DNA from: Chara braunii
Taxonomy: Eukaryota > Plantae > Charophyceae
Length of the DNA: 54,025 bases
Direction of reading: 5' to 3'
NCBI GenBank assembly: GCA_003427395.1
Contig: BFEA01000010.1
Span: forward strand, 4,763,487 to 4,817,511
Below, piece after piece: positions 35,801-47,330 of this stretch. Within the stretch, counting starts at the first letter, position 1; each line of letters starts with the position of its first letter. The notes under the pieces were generated by a model. The model searched no databases, was not told the DNA's origin, and was given only the letters and a program-made list of their open reading frames with translations. The translations under genes and the position numbers were made by a program.

Positions 35801-36473
35801 CTACCCCGGCATAAGGACAAAATCCCTCGACTTCACAGTGCAAGATGTAGAAGCATGCACCATGCACGAACCCACCTGCGTCACAGTCCACAATAATAGA
35901 ATGGGCTCAGATCAGAGAGCGAAACATTTTACATTTGCGCATGTGTCAGAAATCCATAGTACACTTTCGACAATTTCAGGTCTGCAGCACAAAAGCGGAA
36001 GGGGCTGTTTATGATACCGAAAAGACACAGAAGGCACGCGGATAATGTTGTAGTTGCCGCGACACATTCAAGAAATGCTTTGAAGGCACACATCACTGTA
36101 AACGTCCGACGCCAGAGACTGACAACGAAGCGGAAGACACTCTTCGCATGTACGAGCACAAATACACAGGAAAGAAATGTTTCGAAGGCATGCATCACTG
36201 TAAATGTTCAACGACCAGGCAACCGATCACTTGAAACGGCCTGTTGCCCCAGTCCAAGGTGACGAAAAGAAAGGGGAAGAGATTGTTTCCGATGCCAGAG
36301 ATTGACAATGAAGCGGAAGAAAGTCAGAGGCAGGTCCGACAACAGAACTCGTAGAACGACCAAAAGGCAGGGTGCCATCTGTGCAGAACTCGTAGAACGA
36401 CCGAAAGGCAGGGTGCCATTTGCGATCCCGAAGAAGCGACGCTCAACTTGCTGACGCCCAATGTTTAGAACAT

Positions 36474-37390
36474 CTACCGATGACGGCGAGCTGTTGCAAT
36501 CATGCAGTCATTAGCTGCTCGAACAGGACATCCGAACGTCAGACACAACGGCTCCTCGACAGAAGCATCATCCGCAAACATTGAAATGTATTTCATTCGC
36601 ACAAAACTGGTCGTGCCGGCCAGAGACCTGCCTATGGCATCCCGTATAGATGACGCTTTTGTCTCAACTTCATGCCATGCGTCGACGTCGTCCACCTTAC
36701 CCCCGATTGCCAAATCCCATCTCCTAGCGATCTCTCGTGTAACTAAACCCACCCCGCGTTTTCCTATCTCCAACTTGTTCCTGGACACGTACACCACAGC
36801 GTCTGTGAGGGTCCTACTATTGTTGGAACACGCTATGCAAAGGATCCTACAAAAGAAGAACTGTCCCATATGCAATCTGACGCAGCAGTACGATACGACT
36901 CGAGGCGATAGCCCAGGAGATCGTAAAGGATACTGATCAAGAAACTGACAATGCCTGGCACATTTAGCAGCTCCCGTTTCAGTGAACGACACCATGTGCG
37001 AGGCGAGACAGTAATGTATCTACAGCCGAGGACGTTGAAATAACGACTAGAATTGAGTTTTTTGCACAGGTGTCGCAGACGCACTGAACCTAGGACTTCA
37101 TAGGGCACTGAGATAAGACTTCCGAACTCGAGCATATTAGTGAACTCATAGTCTTTCGCCCACGGGCACTCCTTCAGCATCCTTTCCCACTGATGCTCTC
37201 CCCACGAGTCCAGGTGGTCATTCTTCCACGGGACGACCCTCATCCAGGGATCAGACTAGAAGTCCTCCCGAGTCGCCCCGTAGATTTCAGTGGACTCTCC
37301 ACACCCACGCAAGCCCACCACGCACGGTGGAAAAGGGTAAGCCAAGTTCTCGTGCCGACCAGCAGGGGTGATCCAATCAGAGATGTCCAT
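36474..37390 (-). pseudogene. Unknown gene, ~305 codons (one stop, one frameshift)
   Basis: ATG 37390 (MDISDWITP...) is in frame with 36833..37243, and a frameshift at ~36997 leads into 36474..36995. The peptide is complex and non-repetitive, and is flanked by palindrome arrays. Confidence 0.5.
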
Positions 37391-37629
37391 CGCGATATGC
37401 AAGCGCCCTGCACGACACAATGAAGAAATCAGCAATAGCTAGCAGGAAGAATCCCACTGCTCCAAGGAGTAGGGACAAGGTTTGCGAACACAGACTCGGA
37501 ACCGAACAACGCTGGAAACATGTTCTGCACTGGCAGTTGTAAACATGTTCTGCATGGCAACCGCACGACCAACGCTCGACCTTATGTTGCTGCAGGGATG
37601 GGTGACACTCAAATTTCGACAGGGTGCTG

Positions 37630-40600
37630 CTACTGTCGTGTCGAACTCGACAACCACCGCACAACACTCAGGTGAGATGCCAGAGGCCCCCGGTCTTCGC
37701 CTTCGACATTTCGACCGCCCCTGGATCGTCAGCGCAAAGCGTCCATTCGGAATGGCGACATCTCGAGCCTCACAACCGCATCCCGGTGGTTGTCGAGTCG
37801 AACACGAAGACCGCCCGGCAACATGTCGCACCCCAACTGCACGACCAATGCACGACCTTATGTTGCGGGAATGGGCGCCATTCGAGTTTAGCCAAGGTGC
37901 TGCCACTGTCGTGTCGAACCCACAACCACCGCACAACATCCAGGTGAGATGCCACTGTCGTGTCGAACTCGACAACCACCGCACAGCACTCAGGTGAGAC
38001 GCCAGAGATCGTCGGCACAAAGCGCTCAATCGGGACGATGACATCTCGAGCCTCACAACATCCTGGTGGTTGTCGAGTCGAACACAAAGATCGCCCGGCA
38101 ACATCTCGCACCCCAGGAGCTCGGGTCGGTGGTTGAAAGTGCGGTGTGGTTGTCCTGCATGGTTGTTGTACGGGGTTTGTTGGAATTTTGCCAGGGAGCC
38201 GTGATTTTCATGTCCAACCCAACAACCACCTCACTGTACTCACACGGAGTGGTCGTCGTGTGTGATTATCGAGTTCAACACGACGAGTGTGATCATCGAG
38301 TTCAACACGACGACTGCGGTCGATGTACGCACATCGTCGTGTGGACGACGTGGAAGCGCCGTCGTCGTGTTCAACACGACAACTGACCAGACACCGGGCT
38401 CCGGTTGTCACTCTGAACACGACGACTTCGGAAAAACAAAGGTGTGGTCGTGCAGACGATGTTCGCCCCCGCGCACACACCGTTGAAGACCCATCATCAT
38501 GTTGAACACGACAACTGACGGGACACAAGGCTTCGGTTGTCGCGTTGAACACGACGACAACCGGCGGCTCTTCCACAGTGTAAGGGCGGGGGGGGAACAT
38601 CGTCCACACGACGACCGCAACCTTGTTTCTCCTCTGTCGTCGTGTTCAACACGACAACTGACGAGACACCGAACTTCGGTTGTCGCGTTGAACACAACGA
38701 CTACCGACGTGCCGGAAGCCGGTTGTCGTGTTGAACATGACGACTGCGGAGAAACAAGGGCGCGGTCGTCGAGCGGACGATGTGCGCCCTCGCGCATACG
38801 CCGCGGAAGAGCCGTCGTCGTGTTCAACACGACAACCAATTTCTGGCGCGTTGGTAATTGTCGTGTTCAACGCGACAACCGAAGGCTAGTGTCTCTTCAG
38901 TTGTCGTGTTCAACACGACGACGTCAGTATGTGGGGGGGCGCACATCGTCCTCTCGACGGCACCCTTGTTTCTCCGCAGTTGCCGCGTTGAACACGATGA
39001 CTAGCGACGCGCCAGAAGTCGGTTGTCGTGTTGAACATGACAACTACGGAGAAAGCAGGGTGCGGTCGGCGGGGGGCGATGTGCGCCCCGCTCATACATC
39101 GTGGAAGAGCCGCCGTCGTGTTGAACACGACAACTGACGACATTCATGGCTTCGGTTGTCATGTTGAACACGACGGCTCCCGACACACTAGGGTGCGGTC
39201 GTCGTGTTGAACACGATGGCTCCCGACACACTAGGGTGCGGTCGTCGTGTTGAACACGACGGCTCACGACACACTAGGGTGCGGTTGTCGTGTTGAACAC
39301 GACAACCACAGCGCATCCCCCACGTATGCAGCGGGGAGGAGTCATCGTCGGGCATCGCCCGCGACAATACTCTCGCTGGTCATCGTGTTCGACACGAAGA
39401 CGACGACATTACGCTTCCTTTGCAATGCCGTTCCTCGGGCGATTGTCGTGTTCGATTCGATAATCGCAGAGTTTGAAGTGCCACGTGGTGCGTGGTGATT
39501 GGAAATCATAGGATCCGGACGAATCCTCACCGTCTGTTCGCTGTGCTCGCCTCACAGAAAGTTGCTCCACGATCCGCACTCTAACTCCCGCTCCGGACGA
39601 GCCTCCTCCACGCCTTTGGAACAGCGCTTGCGTCGCGGCGCGGTGAGAAATCACTCACTCTCCAACAGCCGACCCGACAGTGGGTGTCCGATAGGTCTTC
39701 GCCGCCGGCCCACTCGCTCTCTTCTTTCACGCCCTCCTCCTCTCTTGCGCTCACGGACTCCCAACAGCTCTGTCGGCCCCAATCACTCTCTTCTCTCACA
39801 TGAAACAAAGAATACCTAATGGAGGAAGGCCATATCCTCCTTATATACTGTGCAGCATGTCCCCGGCCACAGCGTGACGACCGTCAGATCGTGTCGAATC
39901 GATGGTGGCGATATCGACGCGCCGCAATCCAATTCCGACCTGCGCTGGAAATGGAAGAGGGGCCCCGTCGTCTTTATATACTCCGGAGCCCCTCCCGCGT
40001 TTCATCGACCGTCCGATCGCATCGACCCGACGGTGCCTGGAGCCTGTCCCCTTTCGCGGACCTTCAACCTTCCCGTCGTCGCATGCCTACGGTGCCAAAC
40101 GGGGTGCCGATGGCTCGGTGCCACAAAGGGGGCACAAACGACTATTCTACTAGATGGCGCGACCCTCTTTTCGTGAGCAGATGTGCTGCGACGAGCGCTT
40201 TTGCGTTCACGTTCCCATCGTCGACGATCGAATGTGCTGGGGCGAACATTCGTCCATCAGACAAACTGCCACTAGCGACGCAAAGCGGCTCCATCGTCGA
40301 CGATCGCGTGCGCTGGGGCGAACATTCGTCCGTCGGACAAATTACTACTGGCGACAGGGGAGACGTAAAGCGGGTGCTGCGCTAATTGGCGATCTGCTTC
40401 TCAAAAGATCGTGGTCCATTGCCCAGGTAACTTACCCACTATCTGAAATGTCTATCATGAATATTGCTGTGCTTGGGAAGGGTCCATGCAAGTTGTCGAT
40501 CTCAACGATCAACGGTCACGATCTGTCCTTTGATTTTGACGACGTCAACAAAGACCCCGCATTGCAGCTCCTGTTGCTTGATGTGACCCCTCTAACCTCA

Positions 40601-41360
40601 GTACACCACTGTGCTCGTCGTGTCAGACCCGATAATGCCCGGATTGTCTGATGCTCAAAGATATCTATATGTAGAATTGCAATGCACCAAGATGAAAATT
40701 TCGTCAGCCGTCACGATGACCGATTGTATGGTCGTCGTGTCCAACCCGATAATCGACGGTTCCAGGTGCCCGAAAAGTCCGCTGCATGCAATGGTCATCG
40801 TGTCCAACCCAATGACCACTTACATGGTCCTCGTGTCCAACCCGACAATCAGACGTTCAAGGTGCCCAGAAAGTCCAGTGATGACGTCCTCGTCGAGTCG
40901 AACTCGATGACCATCACGTCGAGCTGCCCGGCGACCATCCCCTAACAACCTCTGCATGACGTNNNNNNNNNNNNNNNNNNNNNNNNNNNNNNNNNNNNNN
41001 NNNNNNNNNNNNNNNNNNNNNNNNNNNNNNNNNNNNNNNNNNNNNNNNNNNNNNNNNNNNNNNNNNNNNNNNNNNNNGTTGCGGTATTACCCGATCTGAA
41101 ACTCTTCAAGAAAGTCCAGTGATGACGTCCTCGTCGAGTCGAACTCGATGACCATCACGTCGAGCTGCCCGGTGAGCGTCCCCTTACAACCTCTGCATGA
41201 CGTTGCGGTCGTGCGCGATCTGAAACTCTTCGGCCGCTCGACTTTCGTCGTCTCCAAAATACAACCTGCCAAACAGTCATGTCGCCGGGCAATTGTCAGT
41301 CAACATATGACATCACTTCCTCCTGTGCATGCCATGGTCATCGTGTCCAACCCGATGACC
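37630..41360. repeat. Palindrome array 2, about 30+ copies (densest at 38260-39460)
   Basis: GTCGTGTT(C/G)AACACGAC near 38363, 38637, 38816, 38901, 39114, 39243, 39285 and elsewhere. Degenerate TCGTGTCCAACCCGA copies lie at 40617-41360. Confidence 0.9.
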
Positions 41361-41619
41361 GGGGGTGCACGGTGCCCGCAAGGTGCCCAAACAAACACAG
41401 CGTGAGGTGGTTGTTACATCTAGACACGTGATTGCCAGCCATGCGACTGACTGTGCGTCGTGGTCAGTCCCAAAACTGAAGATTGACTCACCGTATAAGG
41501 TGCCTGACCGAAGGTGGGGCAAATATTGGTCAAGCAATGACATTGCACATTCTGTGTATCTAGAAACCACAGCCTTCCATGTTCAAGGGACTTGTGGGCC
41601 TTCGAGGAGAACATGTCTC

Positions 41620-42880
41620 GGCATTCTTATGTCTCTTCTGTGTTGTCTTTTTATGGATAGCGTATCAACTGTATAGCATATGTGCATCGACATTCTTATG
41701 TCTCTTTTGTGCTGTCTTTTGATGGATAGAGGATCAACTGTATAGCATATGTGCATCATGGTCAATCCGAGGAGTGAAGACTTCCTTACCCTATCAGGTG
41801 CCTAACCTGCCATTTGTGCATAGTCGTTAATCCCAAAGACTGCCTCAGCCTACCAGGTGCCTAAGGAGCGACAAATGCTGGACATACAGTCCCCTACTAG
41901 TGTAGTGTCAAGTGCCGAACCTTCCATGTTCGAGGGAATGACAACCTTCGAGAATACTTTCTGTCTATGGAAACTGTCGTGTGTCCCCTATGAGGATACA
42001 GTCCCCTACTAGCGACAAATGTTGAACAAAAACTGGAGACTGCATCACCCTATCAGGTGCCTCATGTGCGGTGTGTGCATGGTAGTCAGTCCCGAAGACT
42101 GCAAACTGCCTCAGCCTATCAGGTGCCTAACCGAAGGAGCGGCAAATGCTGGACATGCGTCTACTGTAGTATCAGGTGCCTAGCCTATCGGCAAATGTTG
42201 GCAAATGCTGGACATGCGTCTACTGTAGTATCAGGTGATTACCGACATTCGAGGATACTCTATGTCTGTGGAAGCTGTCGCGTGTCCCCTACAATAGTGC
42301 TTTTGGTGGTCCGAACATGAAACTGCCGACTGTTTGGCACATACAGAAGGTTCTCAAAGCGAAGTGTGCCAACAACGTGCCAACGTTGTCGGTAATCTGC
42401 ACAATGCGTTTAGAAGTCGTCGTGCCAACAACGTGCCGTGTGTGCATGGTAGTCAGTCCCGAAGACTGCAAACTGCCTCAGCCTACCATGTGCCTAACCG
42501 AAGGAGTGACAAATGTTGGACATGCGTCTACTATAGAATCAGGTGCCTAGCCTTCCACGTTCGAGGGAACGACGACATTCGAGGATACTCTGTCTGTGGA
42601 AGCTGTCGCGTGTCCCCTACAATAGTGTTTTTGGTGGTCCGAACATGGAACTACCGACTGTTTGGCACATACAGAAGGTTCTCGAAACGAAGTGTGGCGA
42701 CAATGTGCCAATGTTGTCGGTAATCTGCGTGTCCCCTACAATAGTGCTTTTGGCGGTCCGAACATGGAACTGCCGATTGTTTGGCACATATAGAAGGTTC
42801 TCAAAGCGAAGTGTGGCAACAACGTGCCAATGTTGTCGGTAATCTGCACAATGCGTTTAGAAGTCGTCGTGTTCGACACG
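41620..42880. repeat. Complex hierarchical tandem repeats (68-, 119- and ~367-bp periodicities)
   Basis: CATTCTTATG at 41623/41691; GGTAGTCAGTCCCGAAGAC at 42081/42448; GTGTCCCCTACAATAGTG at 42282/42610/42729. Confidence 0.85.
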
Positions 42881-43226
42881 AGGGAGGTTGTGGAGTTACT
42901 GATGACTGTCTTCGAGAGCGATTCCGATCTAAGTTTCTGAACAGATTATAATGATAGGGTTTTATAGTTATGCTTTTGGCAACGGTGGCGTCATGAATTT
43001 CTAAGATTGGTTGTTTGTTTCTTCACCACAAGAATTTAATTGCCCTATTCAGTATTGCGTAGTCGGTATCCAACTCATGCGTTGGATAATTGACAACCTT
43101 TGACATTCATCTAGGAAAACACGGTGTTCCTACCTTCATAATATTAACCGACTTATTTGTCCTCGCAGACACATTATGCCTTGGGGCACTTCGTATCGGA
43201 GAGCTGAATATCCAATGCCGACAAGT

Positions 43227-43784
43227 ATGGACTGCGTGGCATCTAACATACTACTGGATGCGAATTGTCATCATGATGCGGATATGCACGACCTCGCTGT
43301 GTGCTCTCCACATTCTGAAGATGTGATTCGTGACAATATCTTCAGCTTCAACACGCCTGCTCGTAAGAGAACGAGAGAGTTTGAATTCGATATTGCTACT
43401 TGCGAGAGCAGCTCCCCTGTCGTTCAACGACCACGACCGACAATATCACCTGAATCCGATAATGCATGTCATAAAGCTGATGACTGCGACACTGACATTT
43501 CAACATCTGATGTAGACCGCGTCTTATGGGTGCCCAGGGATTCACTCCAGGATCCTGAACATGATTCTTCCCACCATTACGTTGACTTTCGACTTGCCAG
43601 AGAAAATGTGACCTCAATTGAGGAGATGGAAGAGGATGGGCGCTCGAGTGCTTCAATTTCTTCTAGTGCCGATAGTTCTCCTGATAAAGACAATCATCCA
43701 TGCAATGATGATGTCAGCAACTTTGACAATTGTCAGCGAAATCATGACGCCAATGCTTTTAAATCAAAGTGGCTCCGAACGTGA
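43227..43784 (+). CDS. Possible D/E/S-rich N-terminal gene fragment, divergent from the giant gene
   Basis: Open for ~185 codons from ATG ~43227, acidic and disordered, with an NLS-like PARKRTR. No recognisable domain. Confidence 0.3.
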   Translation: MDCVASNILLDANCHHDADMHDLAVCSPHSEDVIRDNIFSFNTPARKRTREFEFDIATCESSSPVVQRPRPTISPESDNACHKADDCDTDISTSDVDRVLWVPRDSLQDPEHDSSHHYVDFRLARENVTSIEEMEEDGRSSASISSSADSSPDKDNHPCNDDVSNFDNCQRNHDANAFKSKWLRT

Positions 43785-45060
43785 GCCTCAGCCTCTTCAC
43801 TGGCATCATGAAGTTCAGAAATCAGTTTGTCCAAACGGGCGAGCAAAACTTGTTTCCGCTCTTTCACTTGCTGCTTCGTTCGGGGGTCAGGAGTCTCCTC
43901 ATCAACAACAAACATGAGTGAGACTGGATAGAAGAGAAGAGGAATAAAATGTGTGAGCACCGAAAATTTCAGAGAATTCCAGAGAAAAGACATTGTGACG
44001 TGCATTTGCCGCACAATAAATAATTAATTAACGATAATAAATTCCACGGCCGCACTGATCTACCACAACAAGATTTCAAAGAACCGAAGAAAAAAGAACA
44101 AATACAATTATTTCTATTTCTAACTATTGTTGTTCTTTGTCTGTCTGTGTGATGACGTCCTAAACAAGAGTGTACAGGTACCACCTCATGCCCGTGTGAT
44201 CAGATACACACACAAGTACACACAACACCACAACACAGCAAACGACAAAGTAAGTATGCCAACAATCAACAACAAACAATTTGTCAGCACCCTTCTTCCT
44301 TTTGCTAAGTCAAGCCAGGTGTCAATGTGATGTTGCACCCCTCGTGACAGCTGGCACTACAGCTGTCTAATCATTCAATCAGCCATACCGCCGTCGTCTT
44401 CGGAGTGCTGCTCTTACTTGGCAACCACCTGCCTGCCATGTGTCATCCCTGGCGTGCCAACACAACAGATTCTGCCACGTCAGCACATGGATATCCAATC
44501 AACCAGCGGTGGGGATGCCACGTCAGCAAGTGTGTGTTTTGTCCTTCTCACTTGCCACTTCGTCACGTCAACCAATGGAGCCAATGCCACATCAGCAGGT
44601 GATCACCACATCAAGAAGACTAGTATGATGATCCTTCCCCGCCACGTCAACAATCAGCGTCATCATCCAAAGGCCACGTCAGCACCTGTTTGGGACCTGG
44701 TCGCACGTCAGCAACCTATGCAGCGTGTAATTGCCACATCAGCAGCCAGGTCCCTGGACGTGGCACATAGTATGCCACGTCAGCATGGGATCGCGACCTC
44801 ACTATCACAATCCAGGCTGGCACACGGTCACTCCTCGTCGGGATCCCGGCTGCCACGTCAGCAACCTCGTAGGGATGTCCTCTGGCCAGCGAAGTCTGTA
44901 CCTCGTCAGCAGTGTCTTCTCGCCAGTGAAGTCTGTGCCACATTAGCATTCCCGGCGTATCTCTTGCCATGTCATCACTTATTCAACACACGTGTGCTCT
45001 ACACTTGCCTGCGCGCCACCTGGCGCATGCACACATGTACAATCGTCGTCATCAGGACAA

Positions 45061-45074
45061 CTGCTCCGATACCA
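45061..45074 (-). promoter_or_regulatory. tRNA-iMet primer-binding site
   Basis: The minus strand reads ...TTGCA ATT TGGTATCGGAGCAG, which is the canonical TGGTATCAGAGC with one mismatch, 3 nt from an LTR-terminal CA. Confidence 0.85.
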
Positions 45075-45077
45075 AAT

Positions 45078-47058
45078 TGCAATGAACCCAGATCGTGAAG
45101 ACAGTCGTCAACAATGCAAGCCCAGATAAATGTCCATCGGCTGATGATTACTAATAGTCAAAATTGTAACCAGACAGAATGAGATGAGGTAATCATACAC
45201 AGACGAAGAGAGAGGAGGGAGATGAGACAAAGGAGAGGAAAGTACAATGCCCACTCCTGCTTCGGGCTCCCTCCTCTACTATCACCTCAATAATCAATAG
45301 TCTGAACGAGTATCCAAAGTAGCCTCAATGTGCCACATGGCACGTCTAATCAGTCCCACATCAGCACTGGAGAAATGTCGACATGAAGACAGCCAGGTAC
45401 ATATCCACGAACTCTCCTGATCTCCTCCTGAAGTGACGATGAAACAGAACAGCAATGCCGATCACGTAGTCCCAGCCATAGAACACGTGGCAGCAGCCAC
45501 GTCAGCCAATGATACAAGTGGCAGCAGCCACATCAGCGACAGCGCATGGCAGCTGCCACGTCGGCATGCCAAGAAGACAGGAGCAAGCCAGCCACCATGC
45601 CGGACCAGCAGCGCCTCGCCGAATCACAATGCCAGTGTCGCAGCGTCGAGCCGGTGTTGAAGTCAACGCGTGAAGTCAGCATCAACGCAAGACAGAATGA
45701 ATGTCAAAGCCAGGAAGTCAGCGCTTATGTAGCGTTGACGCGGGGTCTGGACCCCGGATGCTGCATCCCTCAGCCGTCCAGATCCCAATGCAAACGAGGG
45801 TCCAGATTGATCCGAAACCGAATTCCCTCCGGCCTGGATAGTGTCTGGGTACCTGCGCACAACAAGTGAGTGTATCCAACCAGGGGCCTGGGCGTGGTAC
45901 CTTTGACTCTACAGTTGACTTTGGCCTTTGAATTTCCGGTATACAGCGTTTGGTCACACAGCCAAACGCAGCAGACTCAGGCCTGGGCGGCGTCTTGGTC
46001 ACACAGCCCAGCGCAGACCAACCCAGGTCAGCGTTGCCTGGGGCGAAGTTCTGGGCCCCAGGCTGCCTCTGAACGGGGTTACTGCAAGGATCCGCAATGT
46101 GATAAAAAGGACCGAATGAACAATACAGTGCTAGTGGAATCTCAACAAGCAATGTACATCCTGATACATACAAAATGGCGCCTTGTGGCGCAGCAAAAGA
46201 CTTAGATATAAGTCCTGATCTGACCGGGACTGACCTCTTTCACGTAATGCAAGACAGCGCAGTGGAATGCTAGAATACCAAGGACTAGCCCAATCAATGT
46301 CGCAGTACAGACCAAACATACATCATCCTTGTCACAAGGTGTGAAGAGGCCTGGCGCTACACACAGGAAGAATGTGCCAGGTCCAGTTCATGCACAGACG
46401 AAGAGGAGGGAAACAGACGATGAAGAGGAGGGGGGAGATGGGAGAGTCTTCAACACCAAGTCTTCGTTACAAGTCCCAAATAATCCCTCGTCAAATTGCC
46501 TGAAGTCCATGTCGAGTCTGGGTCCAAATGCCACCGGGCTCTCTCTCTCTCTCTCTCTCATAGTCTGCTGATGCAGTGAAGTCAGGTGGCGAGAGGGTGA
46601 GAGGGAGATGGTGGAAGAAGGAGAACTCTCTCTCTCTTTCTCTCATATGCCAGGTACTAACCTGTGAAGGTGGCGCTGCGCTGCAGGTACCTCGAAGACG
46701 AAGCTGGAGCTATGGCGCTGCAGGTAAGTCTCCCTGGCCTCCGCCCAATCTCTCTCTCTCTCCGGTACTACTCCAGCTCCTACTAGCGAACCAGCGCTGA
46801 AGACTACTGCTAACGCTACTAGCGCCCAGCGCTGAAGACTACTGCTAGCGCTACTATTACTCCTGCAGCGCTCCTCCAGAGTGCTGCTGCCGGATCCTGA
46901 AGACTACCTCCTGCCTCCTGAACTGCACGTGAGTGCCTGGGAAGTACCTAGGAACTACCTGCAGTCTGCAGGGCGGGCCAGTCCTATATAGTGCTGGCCC
47001 GTCCAGGAGGCTGCTCTTGCCAATGCCAAAACGTGTCAGACCCTGGCACTGAAGCTCA
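45078..47058 (-). mobile_element. LTR (5' LTR of a minus-strand element whose internal region is mostly lost)
   Basis: The left end is fixed by the PBS. The right end is tentative (...GAAGCTCA), with a TATATA box near 46985. Confidence 0.6.
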
Positions 47059-47059
47059 A

Positions 47060-47297
47060 CCAAGGGTTGTCTTGAAAACAGGCCAAAAATGGCCTGTGTT
47101 AAAACCCTGGTCTGGTGCCTGAGTTTCAGGGCAGGTCGATCTTATGAGGGCCTGAAAATGACCCTCAGTTTCAGGCTGAAAAGACTCAGGGCCGGGAAGG
47201 CCCTGTTTTAGGCTGAGACGACACAGGGCCTGTAGGCCCTTGTTTTCAGGCTTTCGGGCTGAAAACAACACGGGCCTGAAAATGGCCCGTGCAGCCT
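47060..47297. mobile_element. MITE-like fragment rich in GGCCTGAAA/TTTCAGG inverted motifs
   Basis: Multiple (GG)CCTGAAAA and TTTCAGG(G)C motifs in both orientations, ending ...GCAGCCTG. No TSD confirmed. Confidence 0.4.
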
Positions 47298-47330
47298 GTT
47301 GCAGGTGCAGCATGTAACAGTGTGTGTGTG

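Noticed and set aside
38260-39460. CRISPR array (palindromic repeats with spacers)
   Set aside because: The repeats are short and degenerate, the intervening sequences are related to each other and irregular, there are no cas genes, and the context is eukaryotic.
37439-39530. Many overlapping ORFs with VVFNTT/CRVEHD/SCSTR repeats
   Set aside because: These are six-frame read-outs of the palindromic DNA motif. They are open on both strands and the spacing does not preserve frame.
40870-41205. Near-identical ~90-bp repeat on both sides of the N gap
   Set aside because: It flanks a scaffold gap (40963-41077), so it may be an overlap artefact or a collapsed repeat.
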